Origin: Balanoglossus misakiensis
Lineage: Eukaryota; Animalia; Hemichordata
Assembly: GCA_040954595.2 (NCBI GenBank)
Contig: CM082597.2
Location: 9,021,778 to 9,085,777 of the forward strand
Length of the DNA: 64,000 bases
Direction: 5' to 3'
Positions 49,473 through 61,600 of the stretch are shown one piece after another (the stretch's first letter is position 1; each line of letters begins with the position of its first letter). The position numbers and the translations under genes are program-made. The notes under the pieces are model-generated. The model searched no databases and was not told where the DNA came from. It was given only the letters and a program-made list of their open reading frames with translations.

Positions 49473-51940
49473 ATGCCAAAATCAACACTAAAAGAATTAA
49501 GCCAGAAAGCTACCAACACCTACCACGATGTTACCACTCAAGTTAAACTAATCTACTATGAAAATACCTCGACCAACGAAAAATTTAAACGGGCTGTGGT
49601 GGCAGACCACACCGCTGCCACCACTCTGTATATCTGGTCAACCAGAGAAGACACGTTGTCTTTATTGAGAGCAAATGAAGGAAGTACACTATTTCTTGGT
49701 CCGAAAATTTACGTGCGTTCCAACGGGATTTCCATCAACCAAGGCTCCACCTTGGCTGTTAATAGGGTGGACCTCAACATTCCTGAAAGTGTCGCAACCG
49801 AGGCTCACGGACTTCGCTGTCGCATGACAGAGCAAGCACCCACTGCTGCTGTTGTCACTATGGCCGCCGCAATTGCCGACAACACCAATTATCACAACAT
49901 ATCAGGAACTGTAGTAAGGGTAAGTTTACACTTAAAATGCTCACTCATTTCACAATTCACCCATTTTCGCCCTAGATATTTCGCAATGTATAATGTCGTC
50001 TCCCTTCCGCCGGCCAACAACAATCTCACGTAATCGGATTACCCACCCACTTCCATCGTCACAAATAAACTCTGCCACAAATCAACACCAACACGTTACT
50101 TTGATTGACGTAGTCGTGTTTTCTACAAGATTACGAACAATTCGCTTACGCTTTATTGACTTCATTCACTCCTCTGTTTCCCATATATACAATGACCGTC
50201 TTTGTTTTCCCGACGTTACACGACCTTCACCACAGCTGGTCGAACAACCGCGTATGCAATGCTATTCCACGTCGTGAGGATCCCTCGATGCACAGAAGAG
50301 GGGTCCGTTCCCTATCGACCTCAAAGGGTAGAAAGGTCCGTTTCCTATTGACTTCTACCCCCACCTCACCTTTTCCCGACCGTTCATCTCACAAACCTCA
50401 TGGTACACTCTTTACCATTTTCCATTTGTTTATTACTTCTTCTGTCTTTTAGGTTCAAAACACCAAAGCCACCCACACCCGGTACGGCAAATTACCACGC
50501 AGAACTATTGGACTTGGAGACAGCTCAGGGGTGTACAAACTAACCGTATGGGGAGATCTTACGAAGTGTGAGCTCACCACTGGTGATGTTATAACTATTA
50601 CCAATGTGAAGAAAGCTGCCTCGTTCAACAACCGCCTCACATCCAGGCAATCCACCACAATATCAGTTTCGGTAAGTACTTCACTGATCAGTCAATACAA
50701 TACACTATACAGTGTATACCAACAGGAAATTGTCCTGGTACCACCCCTTTCGTTTTCAGGTCTTATGTTCACTACAAACAACTTGACTATACTGAAACTG
50801 TCCACTGTTTTTCCTGTATTCCCTGCTCAAACAATTCCTTACAATATTCACATTTCTTTTTCTTTGCCCATGACAACATATAGTGAATCCACAAGTAACA
50901 TTTCAATACTATTCCAAACTCTCGTTTTCACTTTTCCAAATGCATTCAGTACTTTGTTTTGCAATCAAAGCTTCTTCCTCACAGCTACATTATTCAACAT
51001 AGTGAGTAGACAACATATATTATCCGCTGTTGTCATTATTCAGTTCTTCAAACATCCAATTCAGCATCTACGTTTCCAGACACACGAACCACAGCTTCAT
51101 TTACCGAAAACACACGCAGGTAAACTAATCTTTCCCTAATTGTATTTCAGGCTCATGAAACCATATCACACCAAAACACTACAGACACCTTATCGGCGGA
51201 TTCCGATGACAGCTCAAACTGGACAACCGGGACATTACAAGGGCTCTCCAATCTACAGAGAGTTCTCTTATGTGCAGATGCGCCTCGGTGCAATGGATTT
51301 CTCAATGACAGCAACAGGTAATCCAAAATTCCTCTTCATCTGCACTTACCACCAGCCCCTCAATACCTTGTGTACAGACACCAGCTGAGCTATACATAGC
51401 AGTTTTTTCATGCAATGTCCCATTTTCAGACATAAGCCATTCCGCTGGAAAAATTTACCAGTGCACAGCCACTCAATAACATCTCTTCCTTATATCCCAA
51501 CAATCCAACTCGCTTCCTTACAACGAAATATTCACATGACATCCGTAACATCCCTTATTCAAATTTACTTCAATACTTATATTCTTCCACATTACTGCAT
51601 GTTACACCCTTTCCACATCAGCCAGCAATCAACATATTTATTCCACCAACTTCAACATTGCCTATTTCTCATTTCTTTCAGATGTCGTTTCTGCAGAAAG
51701 AATAAAAGCCCATCCTGCAGACCAGGCACAATACTTTCCCTCTTAATACAAACCGGTGATGACCTCGACACATACAAGATCTACCCAAAGGAGACCAAGT
51801 ATTTACTCAGAAAATTCTCCATTAACCCCATCAACACCACCCAGAAACAACTGCAGGACGCCGTCACCGACATCTGCGATGGACGCGAGCTCCAATTTAA
51901 GGCCAACTCTGCCAACACCATCACCACTTTCAAAAACTAG
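49473..51940 (+). CDS. Spliced RPA70-like OB-fold ssDNA-binding protein carried by the Helentron (363 aa; exons 49473-49919, 50453-50671, 51151-51317, 51682-51940)
   Basis: All introns are GT(AAG/AAT)..AG and phases are consistent. OB-fold-like strands: AVVADHTAATTLYIW, ISGTVVRV, LGDSSGVYKLTVWGD, GDVITITNV. A C4 Zn motif C-ADAPR-C...CRFC spans exons 3/4. Probable 5'UTR intron 48751-49472. Confidence 0.8.
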
Positions 51941-52408
51941 TGTTTTCCCATGTACTGCCTTCATTTGCTCTCCATTCCATAACCCTTTCCCGATTACATA
52001 CTTTACCAGCGCTCCCTCCATTCATTCATTATAACATTTCCTTCCCTGCTTTTTTTATTACACTTGAAGACATTTTTTAGTGACACATTTTTTTTATTTC
52101 ACATGCTTTTAGTTATTTGTTCAGTTTGTCATTTCCTTTCTTGCCTTTTTTTTGAGTTGACCTTCACATTTCTCTACTTGAATTGACATTTTTCACTGTT
52201 TTTTCCTTAGGTTAGACAATTTTTGACTGCTTTGTTTAATTAGACATTTTTTTCCACTGATTTTTTTATTTCAGTTTACACGTTTTTTAGTGATACATTT
52301 TATAGTTAACATTTCCTTAGTATTTTGTTCCATTTAACATAATTTATTCCCTCTATTCCAATGTGATATTGTCTTCATTTTTTCTTAACTTGTTACTGTT
52401 CTCTTTAT

Positions 52409-55363
52409 TACGGGCCCAAGCCAAGCCAGGCTTGGGCCCGTATTGGTTTCGTTGGAATTTTTAGGGCCCAAGCGCATACCAGCGCTTGGGCCCTATTGGT
52501 TTCGTTGGGGTTTTTCTGTCTTTCTTTCTTTCTTTTTTCTTGTGTCATTTCTTTGTTGCTCTAGATCTCAGACACTGCTGCAGGTACACTTCTCAAACTT
52601 GCTACAGTGGTCAAGGTCAATGGGTAGTCATGCATTGAACTCTTGAATTTTTAATTAGTCACATGACATGGCGGCCATATTGGATTTTCTGAAAAAATGC
52701 AAATCTCAGATCTCAGAAACTACAAGTCAGATTCACTTCAGATTTGGTGTGCTGGTAGTGTACCTTCTGCCCATCATTTTTGTAATTGGATATTTTGCTG
52801 TCAATGTTGCAGTTTTTTTGCTACAATTTTTTTTCTGAAATCCGGCTTTATTTTCAAAAATCTTCTTCTCCAGAACCGGTGATAACCAAGACACGGGGTT
52901 TGGGGTATGTCGTCACCTAACTGATGTCTATCAAGTTTGCGAAGATCATTGTGATTGGTCGAAGATTATGGCGGCCATATTGGATTTTCGAAAAACCCTA
53001 GTAAAATTTCAAAAATCTTCTTCTCAAGAACCGGCGATAACTGAGTCACAAGATTTGGTGTGTGTGGTCATTAAACAGATGTCTATCAAGTTTGCGAAGC
53101 GGAATGTGATTGGTCGAAGATTATGGCGGCCATATTGGATTTTGTGAAAAACGATTAAAAAGTAAAAATTCCCTTTCTAGCCTAAAAATTGATAGCACAG
53201 AAATTCTTTTTATGGATATGGATCATCATATGACAAGAATAAGCTATAAATATTTTGGTAATTTTGGCAATGACCTTTGACCTACTTTTGACGCATCATT
53301 TTTCTGTATATCTAATTCCAGGCTAACCAATAGGGCTAGACGTTTGGTTTTTGATGCATGTGGATTAGAGTGTGATCAAAATATTTTGCTACTTTCCATG
53401 ACCCCTTTGACCTCAGCTGCTCTCATTAATTATGTACATATCTAATTACGGGCGAACCAATAGACCTAGAGGTTTGGTTTTTGTTGGACATGGACAAGTA
53501 TGGGGTCAAAGTATTTTGCCCAAATGTTGGGTAACTTCGGGTGACCTTTGACCTACTTTTGCATATCTCGACATCCACAGCAGATACAGCCTTGGCGTTT
53601 GGAGACATAGGGCCATAATTAAAAGCCAAAGTTTTGGGTCACCTGTGACACCTGCTTAACTCATTATTTATGTGCATACCTAATTCCGGGCTAACCAAAA
53701 GGGCTAGAGGTCTGGCTTTTGTTGGACATGGACCACTATGGGTCAAAATGTTCTGCCAAAATTGTGGGTGACCCCTGGGTGACCTTTGACCTACTTAACA
53801 CTATATCAGCACCAAACAGATATAACCTTGATATATCATGGGATAAAGCACAGCATTATGTTTCTACTCATTAATTATGTGCATATCTAATAATCAGATC
53901 AGATAATAGAGCTTGGGCCCGGACAATGCTGCTTGCAGCTTTAATTCTTTCTTTCTTTCTTTATTCTTGTGTCAATTCTTTGACCCACGAGATCTCAGAC
54001 ACCGCTGCAGGTACACTTCTGAAACTTGCTACAGTGGTCAAGGTCAATGAGTAGTCGTGCATTGAACCCTTGAATTCTTAATTAGTCACGTGACCTGGCG
54101 GCCATCTTGGATTTTCTGAAAAAATACAAATCTCAGATCTCAGAAACTACAAGTCAGATCGACTTCAAATTTGGCGTGCTGGTAGACTACCTACTGCCCA
54201 TCATTTTTGTAATTGGAAATTATGCTGACAAAGTTGCAGTTTTTTGCTACAATTTTTTTTCTGAAATCTGGCTTAAATTTCAAAAATCTTCTTCTCCAGA
54301 ACCGGTGATAACCAAGACACAAGGTTTGGTGTATGTGGTCATCTAACTGATGTCTATCAAGTTTGCGAAGATTATTGTGATTGGTCGAAGATTTTGGCGG
54401 CCATATTGGATTTTCGAAAAACCCTAGTAAAATTTCAAAAATCTTCTTTTCAAGAACCGGCGATAACCGAGTCACAAGATTTGGTGTGTGTGGTCATTAA
54501 ACATATGTCTATCAAGTTTGCTAAGAAGAATGTGATTGGTCGAAGATTATGGCGGCCATATTGGATTTTGTGAAAAACGATTAAAAAGTAAAAATTCCCT
54601 TTCTAGCCTAAAAATTGATAGCACAGAAATTTTTTTCATGGATATGAATCATCATATGACAAGAATAAGCTATAAATATTTTGGTAATTTTGGCAATGAC
54701 CTTTGACCTACTTTTGACGAATCATTTTTCTGCATATCTAATTCCAGGCTAACCAATAGGGCTATAAGTTTGGTTTTTGATGTATGTGGATTTGTATGTG
54801 ATCAAAAAATATTGCTACTTTTCATGACCCCTTTGACCTCTGGTGACCTCATTAAATATGCGCATACCTAATTAATGATGAACCAATAGACCTAGAGGTT
54901 TTGTTTTTGTTATACATGGACCAGTATGGGGTCAAAATATTTTGCTCAAATTTTGGGTGACCTCGGGTGACCTTTGACCTACTTTTGCATATCTCGACAT
55001 CCACAGCAGATACAGCCTTGGTGTTTGGAGGTATGGGGCCATAATGAAAAGCCAAAGTTTTCGGTCACCTGTGACACCTCTTTAACTCATTATTTATGTG
55101 CAGACCTAATTCCGGGCTAACCGAAAGGGCTAGAGGTCTGGTTTTTGTTGGACATGGACCACTCTGGGTCAAAATTTTCTGCCAAAATTGTGGGTGACCT
55201 CTGACCTACTTAACACTATATCAACACCAAACATAGATATAATCTTGATATTTCATGGGATAAAACACAGCATTATGTTTCTACTCATTAATTATATGCA
55301 TATCTAATAATCAGATCAGATAATAGAGCTTGGGCCCGGACAATGCTGCTTGCAGCTTTAATT
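52409..55363 (+). mobile_element. Outer HINE (non-autonomous Helentron derivative), ~1.47 kb excluding the inner copy
   Basis: 5' TACGGGCCCAAGC-N8-GCTTGGGCCCGTA; resumes at ~53947 with (CTTT)n; 3' GCTTGGGCCC plus hairpin GCTGC-TT-GCAGC plus TTTAATT. Confidence 0.88.
52462..53946 (+). mobile_element. Inner HINE of the same family, inserted in a T-run of the outer copy
   Basis: 5' TAGGGCCCAAGCGC-N6-GCGCTTGGGCCCTA, (CTTT)n, 3' GCTTGGGCCC (53911) plus the GCTGC-TT-GCAGC hairpin. Confidence 0.88.
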
Positions 55364-55668
55364 TACTTTGACATTTTTTAGTGCTTCCATTACATTTCTT
55401 ATTGCGTCATTCAATTTCATTTCTTCACAACAATTTATATACAACACAACTCGTTCCCATTGTTATATTTATTATTTTACATGATTTATAATTAAACTAC
55501 AGAAAACGTACACTGCCTGCTCCCTTCTTTCGTGCTTAAACATTGAATTTCAGTATGCTGCCCAATTAAGCAAAATAGACACTGGATGCCTTACCTACCT
55601 CTGCAACTGTGGCACCCCTCATCTTCGTACTCCACTGTTTAAATGGGACCACAGTGTCCTTGACGCTA

Positions 55669-58600
55669 TTTTTGATGATTTTCACCCATGTTTTTTTTTT
55701 TAAAATCGACGAACCTATGATTTTTTTCAAAATCGACGAAATTTTGTGATTTTACAAAGTCGAAAATTTTGTCATTTTTTGATGATTTTCAACCATGATT
55801 TTTTTTTCAAAAATCGACGAAAATTTGAGATTTTGCAAAGACGAAAGTTTGTCATTTTTGATGATTTTTACCCATGATTTTTTTTCAAAAATGGACGAAA
55901 TTTTGAGATTTTGCAAAGACGAAAATTTGTCATTTTTTGATGATTTTCACCCATGATTTTTTTTCAAAAATCGACGAAATTTTGAGATTTTGCAAAGAGG
56001 AAAATTTGTCATTTTTTCATGATTTTCCCCCATGATTTTTTTCAAAAATCGACGAAATTTTGTGATTTTACAAAGTCGAAAATTTTGTCATTTTTTGATG
56101 ATTTTCAACCATGATTTTTTTTCAAAAATCGACGAAAATTTGAGATTTTGCAAAGACGAAAATTTGTCATTTTTGATGATTTTTACCCATGATTTTTTTT
56201 CAAAAATGGACGAAATTTTGAGATTTTGCAAAGACGAAAATTTGTCATTTTTTGATGATTTTCACCCATGATTTTTTTTCAAAAATCGACGAAATTTTGA
56301 GATTTTGCAAAGTCGTAAATGTGTCATTTTTTGATGATTTTCACCAGTTTTTTTTTTCAAAATTTGTCATTTTTTCATGATTTTCCCCCATGATTTTTTT
56401 CAAAAATCGACGAAAATTTGAGATTTTGCAAAGACGAAAATTTGTCATTTTTGATGATTTTTACCCATGATTTTTTTTCAAAAATGGACGAAATTTTGAG
56501 ATTTTGCAAAGACGAAAATTTGTCATTTTTTGATGATTTTCACCCATGATTTTTTTTCAAAAAAAGACGAAATTTTGAGATTTTGCAAAGAGGAAAATTT
56601 GTCATTTTTTCATGATTTTCACCCATGATTTTTTTCAAAAATCGACGAAATTTTGAGATTTTGCAAAGAGGAAAATTTGTCATTTTTTCATGATTTTCCC
56701 CCATGATTTTTTTCAAAAATCGACGAAAATTTGAGATTTTGCAAAGACGAAAATTTGTCATTTTTGATGATTTTTACCCATGATTTTTTTTCAAAAATGG
56801 ACGAAATTTTGAGATTTTGCAAAGACGAAAATTTGTCATTTTTTGATGATTTTCACCAATGATTTTTTTTCAAAATACGACGAAATTTTGAGATTTTGCA
56901 GAGGAAAATGTGTCATTTTTTGATGATTTTCACCCGTTTTTTTTTTCAAAATTTGTCATTTTTTGATGATTTTCTCCGATGATTTTTTTCAAAAATTGAC
57001 GAAATTTTGAGATTTTGCAAAGTCGAAAATTTGTCATTTTTTGATGATTTTCACCCATGATTTTTTTCAAAAATCGACGAAATTTTGAGATTTTGCAAAG
57101 TCGAAAATTTGTCATTTTTTGATGATTTTCCCCCATGTTTTTTTTTTTAAATGGACGAAATTTTGAGATTTTGCAAAGACGAAAATTTGTTATTTTTTGA
57201 TGATTTTCACCCATGATTTTTTCAAAAATTGACGAAATTTTGAGATTTTGCAAGGACGAAAATTTGTTATTTTTTGATGATTTTCACCCATGATTTTTTC
57301 AAAAATTGACGAAATTTTGAGATTTTGCAAAGTCGAAAATTTGTCATTTTTTGATGATTTTCACACATGATTTTTTTCAAAAATCGACGAAATTGTGAGA
57401 TTTTGCAAAGACGAAAATTTGTCATTTTTTGATGATTTTTACCCATGATTTTTTTTCAAAAATGGACGAAAATTTGAGATTTTGCAAAGACAAAAATTTG
57501 TCATTTTTGATGATTTTTACCCATGATTTTTTTTCAAAAATGGACGAAATTTTGAGATTTTGCAAAGACGAAAATTTGTCATTTTTTGATGATTTTCACC
57601 CATGATTTTTTTTCAAAAATCGACGAAATTTTGAGATTTTGCAAAGAGGAAAATTTGTCATTTTTTCATGATTTTCCCCCATGATTTTTTTCAAAAATCG
57701 ACGAAATTTTGTGATTTTACAAAGTCGAAAATTTTGTCATTTTTTGATGATTTTCAACCATGATTTTTTTTCAAAAATCGACGAAAATTTGAGATTTTGC
57801 AAAGACGAAAATTTGTGATTTTTGATGATTTTTACCCATGATTTTTTTTCAAAAATGGACGAAATTTTGAGATTTTGCAAAGACGAAAATTTGTCATTTT
57901 TTGATGATTTTCACCCATGATTTTTTTTCAAAAATCGACGAAATTTGGAGATTTTGCAAAGTCGTAAATGTGTCATTTTTTGATGATTTTCACCAGTTTT
58001 TTTTTTCAAAATTTGTCATTTTTTCATGATTTTCCCCCATGATTTTTTTCAAAAATCGACGAAAATTTGAGATTTTGCACAGACGAAAATTTGTCATTTT
58101 TGATGATTTTTACCCATGATTTTTTTTCAAAAATGGACGAAATTTTGAGATTTTGCAAAGACGAAAATTTGTCATTTTTTGATGATTTTCACCCATGATT
58201 TTTTTTCAAAATACGACGAAATTTTGAGATTTTGCAGAGGAAAATGTGTCATTTTTTGATGATTTTCACCCGTTTTTTTTTTCAAAATTTGTCATTTTTT
58301 GATGATTTTCTCCGATGATTTTTTTCAAAAATTGACGAAATTTTGAGATTTTGCAAAGTCGAAAATTTGTCATTTTTTGATGATTTTCACCCATGATTTT
58401 TTTCAAAAATCGACGAAATTTTGAGATTTTGCAAAGTCGAAAATTTGTCATTTTTGATGATTTTTACCCATGATTTTTTTTCAAAAATGGACGAAATTTT
58501 GAGATTTTGCAAAGACGAAAATTTGTCATTTTTTGATGATTTTCACCAATGATTTTTTTTCAAAATACGACGAAATTTTGAGATTTTGCAGAGGAAAATG

Positions 58601-61600
58601 TGTCATTTTTTGATGATTTTCACCCGTTTTTTTTTTCAAAATTTGTCATTTTTTGATGATTTTCTCCGATGATTTTTTTCAAAAATTGACGAAATTTTGA
58701 GATTTTGCAAAGTCGAAAATTTGTCATTTTTTGATGATTTTCACCCATGATTTTTTTCAAAAATCGACGAAATTTTGAGATTTTGCAAAGTCGAAAATTT
58801 GTCATTTTTTGATGATTTTCCCCCATGTTTTTTTTTTTAAATGGACGAAATTTTGAGATTTTGCAAAGACGAAAATTTGTTATTTTTTGATGATTTTCAC
58901 CCATGATTTTTTCAAAAATTGACGAAATTTTGAGATTTTGCAAGGACGAAAATTTGTTATTTTTTGATGATTTTCACCCATGATTTTTTCAAAAATTGAC
59001 GAAATTTTGAGATTTTGCAAAGTCGAAAATTTGTCATTTTTTGATGATTTTCACACATGATTTTTTTCAAAAATCGACGAAATTGTGAGATTTTGCAAAG
59101 ACGAAAATTTGTCATTTTTTGATGATTTTTACCCATGATTTTTTTTCAAAAATGGACGAAAATTTGAGATTTTGCAAAGACAAAAATTTGTCATTTTTGA
59201 TGATTTTTACCCATGATTTTTTTTCAAAAATGGACGAAATTTTGAGATTTTGCAAAGACGAAAATTTGTCATTTTTTGATGATTTTCACCCATGATTTTT
59301 TTTCAAAAATCGACGAAATTTTGAGATTTTGCAAAGAGGAAAATTTGTCATTTTTTCATGATTTTCCCCCATGATTTTTTTCAAAAATCGACGAAATTTT
59401 GTGATTTTACAAAGTCGAAAATTTTGTCATTTTTTGATGATTTTCAACCATGATTTTTTTTCAAAAATCGACGAAAATTTGAGATTTTGCAAAGACGAAA
59501 ATTTGTGATTTTTGATGATTTTTACCCATGATTTTTTTTCAAAAATGGACGAAATTTTGAGATTTTGCAAAGACGAAAATTTGTCATTTTTTGATGATTT
59601 TCACCCATGATTTTTTTTCAAAAATCGACGAAATTTGGAGATTTTGCAAAGTCGTAAATGTGTCATTTTTTGATGATTTTCACCAGTTTTTTTTTTCAAA
59701 ATTTGTCATTTTTTCATGATTTTCCCCCATGATTTTTTTCAAAAATCGACGAAAATTTGAGATTTTGCACAGACGAAAATTTGTCATTTTTGATGATTTT
59801 TACCCATGATTTTTTTTCAAAAATGGACGAAATTTTGAGATTTTGCAAAGACGAAAATTTGTCATTTTTTGATGATTTTCACCCATGATTTTTTTTCAAA
59901 ATACGACGAAATTTTGAGATTTTGCAGAGGAAAATGTGTCATTTTTTGATGATTTTCACCCGTTTTTTTTTTCAAAATTTGTCATTTTTTGATGATTTTC
60001 TCCGATGATTTTTTTCAAAAATTGACGAAATTTTGAGATTTTGCAAAGTCGAAAATTTGTCATTTTTTGATGATTTTCACCCATGATTTTTTTCAAAAAT
60101 CGACGAAATTTTGAGATTTTGCAAAGTCGAAAATTTGTCATTTTTTGATGATTTTCCCCCATGTTTTTTTTTTTAAATGGACGAAATTTTGAGATTTTGC
60201 AAAGACGAAAATTTGTTATTTTTTGATGATTTTCACCCATGATTTTTTCAAAAATTGACGAAATTTTGAGATTTTGCAAGGACGAAAATTTGTTATTTTT
60301 TGATGATTTTCACCCATGATTTTTTCAAAAATTGACGAAATTTTGAGATTTTGCAAAGTCGAAAATTTGTCATTTTTTGATGATTTTCACACATGATTTT
60401 TTTCAAAAATCGACGAAATTGTGAGATTTTGCAAAGACGAAAATTTGTCATTTTTTGATGATTTTTACCCATGATTTTTTTTCAAAAATGGACGAAAATT
60501 TGAGATTTTGCAAAGACAAAAATTTGTCATTTTTGATGATTTTTACCCATGATTTTTTTTCAAAAATGGACGAAATTTTGAGATTTTGCAAAGACGAAAA
60601 TTTGTCATTTTTTGATGATTTTCACCCATGATTTTTTTTCAAAAATCGACGAAATTTTGAGATTTTGCAAAGAGGAAAATTTGTCATTTTTTCATGATTT
60701 TCCCCCATGATTTTTTTCAAAAATGGACGAAATTTTGTGATTTTACAAAGTCGAAAATTTTGTCATTTTTTGATGATTTTCAACCATGATTTTTTTTCAA
60801 AAATCGACGAAAATTTGAGATTTTGCAAAGACGAAAATTTGTGATTTTTGATGATTTTTACCCATGATTTTTTTTCAAAAATGGACGAAATTTTGAGATT
60901 TTGCAAAGACGAAAATTTGTCATTTTTTGATGATTTTCACCCATGATTTTTTTTCAAAAATCGACGAAATTTGGAGATTTTGCAAAGTCGTAAATGTGTC
61001 ATTTTTTGATGATTTTCACCAGTTTTTTTTTTCAAAATTTGTCATTTTTTCATGATTTTCCCCCATGATTTTTTTCAAAAATCGACGAAAATTTGAGATT
61101 TTGCACAGACGAAAATTTGTCATTTTTGATGATTTTTACCCATGATTTTTTTTCAAAAATGGACGAAATTTTGAGATTTTGCAAAGACGAAAATTTGTCA
61201 TTTTTTGATGATTTTCACCCATGATTTTTTTTCAAAAAAACGACGAAATTTTGAGATTTTGCAGAGAGGAAAATTTGTCATTTTTTCATGATTTTCACCC
61301 ATGATTTTTTTTAAAAATCGACGAAATTTTGAGATTTTGCAAAGAGGAAAATTTGTCATTTTTTCATGATTTTCCCCCATGATTTTTTTCAAAAATCGAC
61401 GAAAATTTGAGATTTTGCAAAGACGAAAATTTGTCATTTTTGATGATTTTTACCCATGATTTTTTTTCAAAAATGGACGAAATTTTTTGATTTTGCAAAG
61501 ACGAAAATTTGTCATTTTTTGATGATTTTCACCAATGATTTTTTTTCAAAAAACGACGAAATTTTGAGATTTTGCAGAGGAAAATGTGTCATTTTTTGAT

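Larger units (their letters stand above)
37341..55668 (+). mobile_element. Full-length putatively autonomous Helentron (Helitron2), ~18.3 kb including nested HINEs
   Basis: 5' T-run, AGGTCCCATTT (37342) with partner ATGGGACCT (37370), then a (GTAT/GGAT)n microsatellite. 3' subTIR AAATGGGACC (55641-55650), hairpin AGTGTC-CTT-GACGCT (55653-55667), then ATTTTT. Inserted in a T-run without a conventional TSD; encodes RepHel plus endonuclease. Confidence 0.93.

Noticed and set aside
52409-55363. LTR pair or simple tandem duplication
   Set aside because: No TG..CA ends, PBS or internal region. The order of termini shows nested HINEs.
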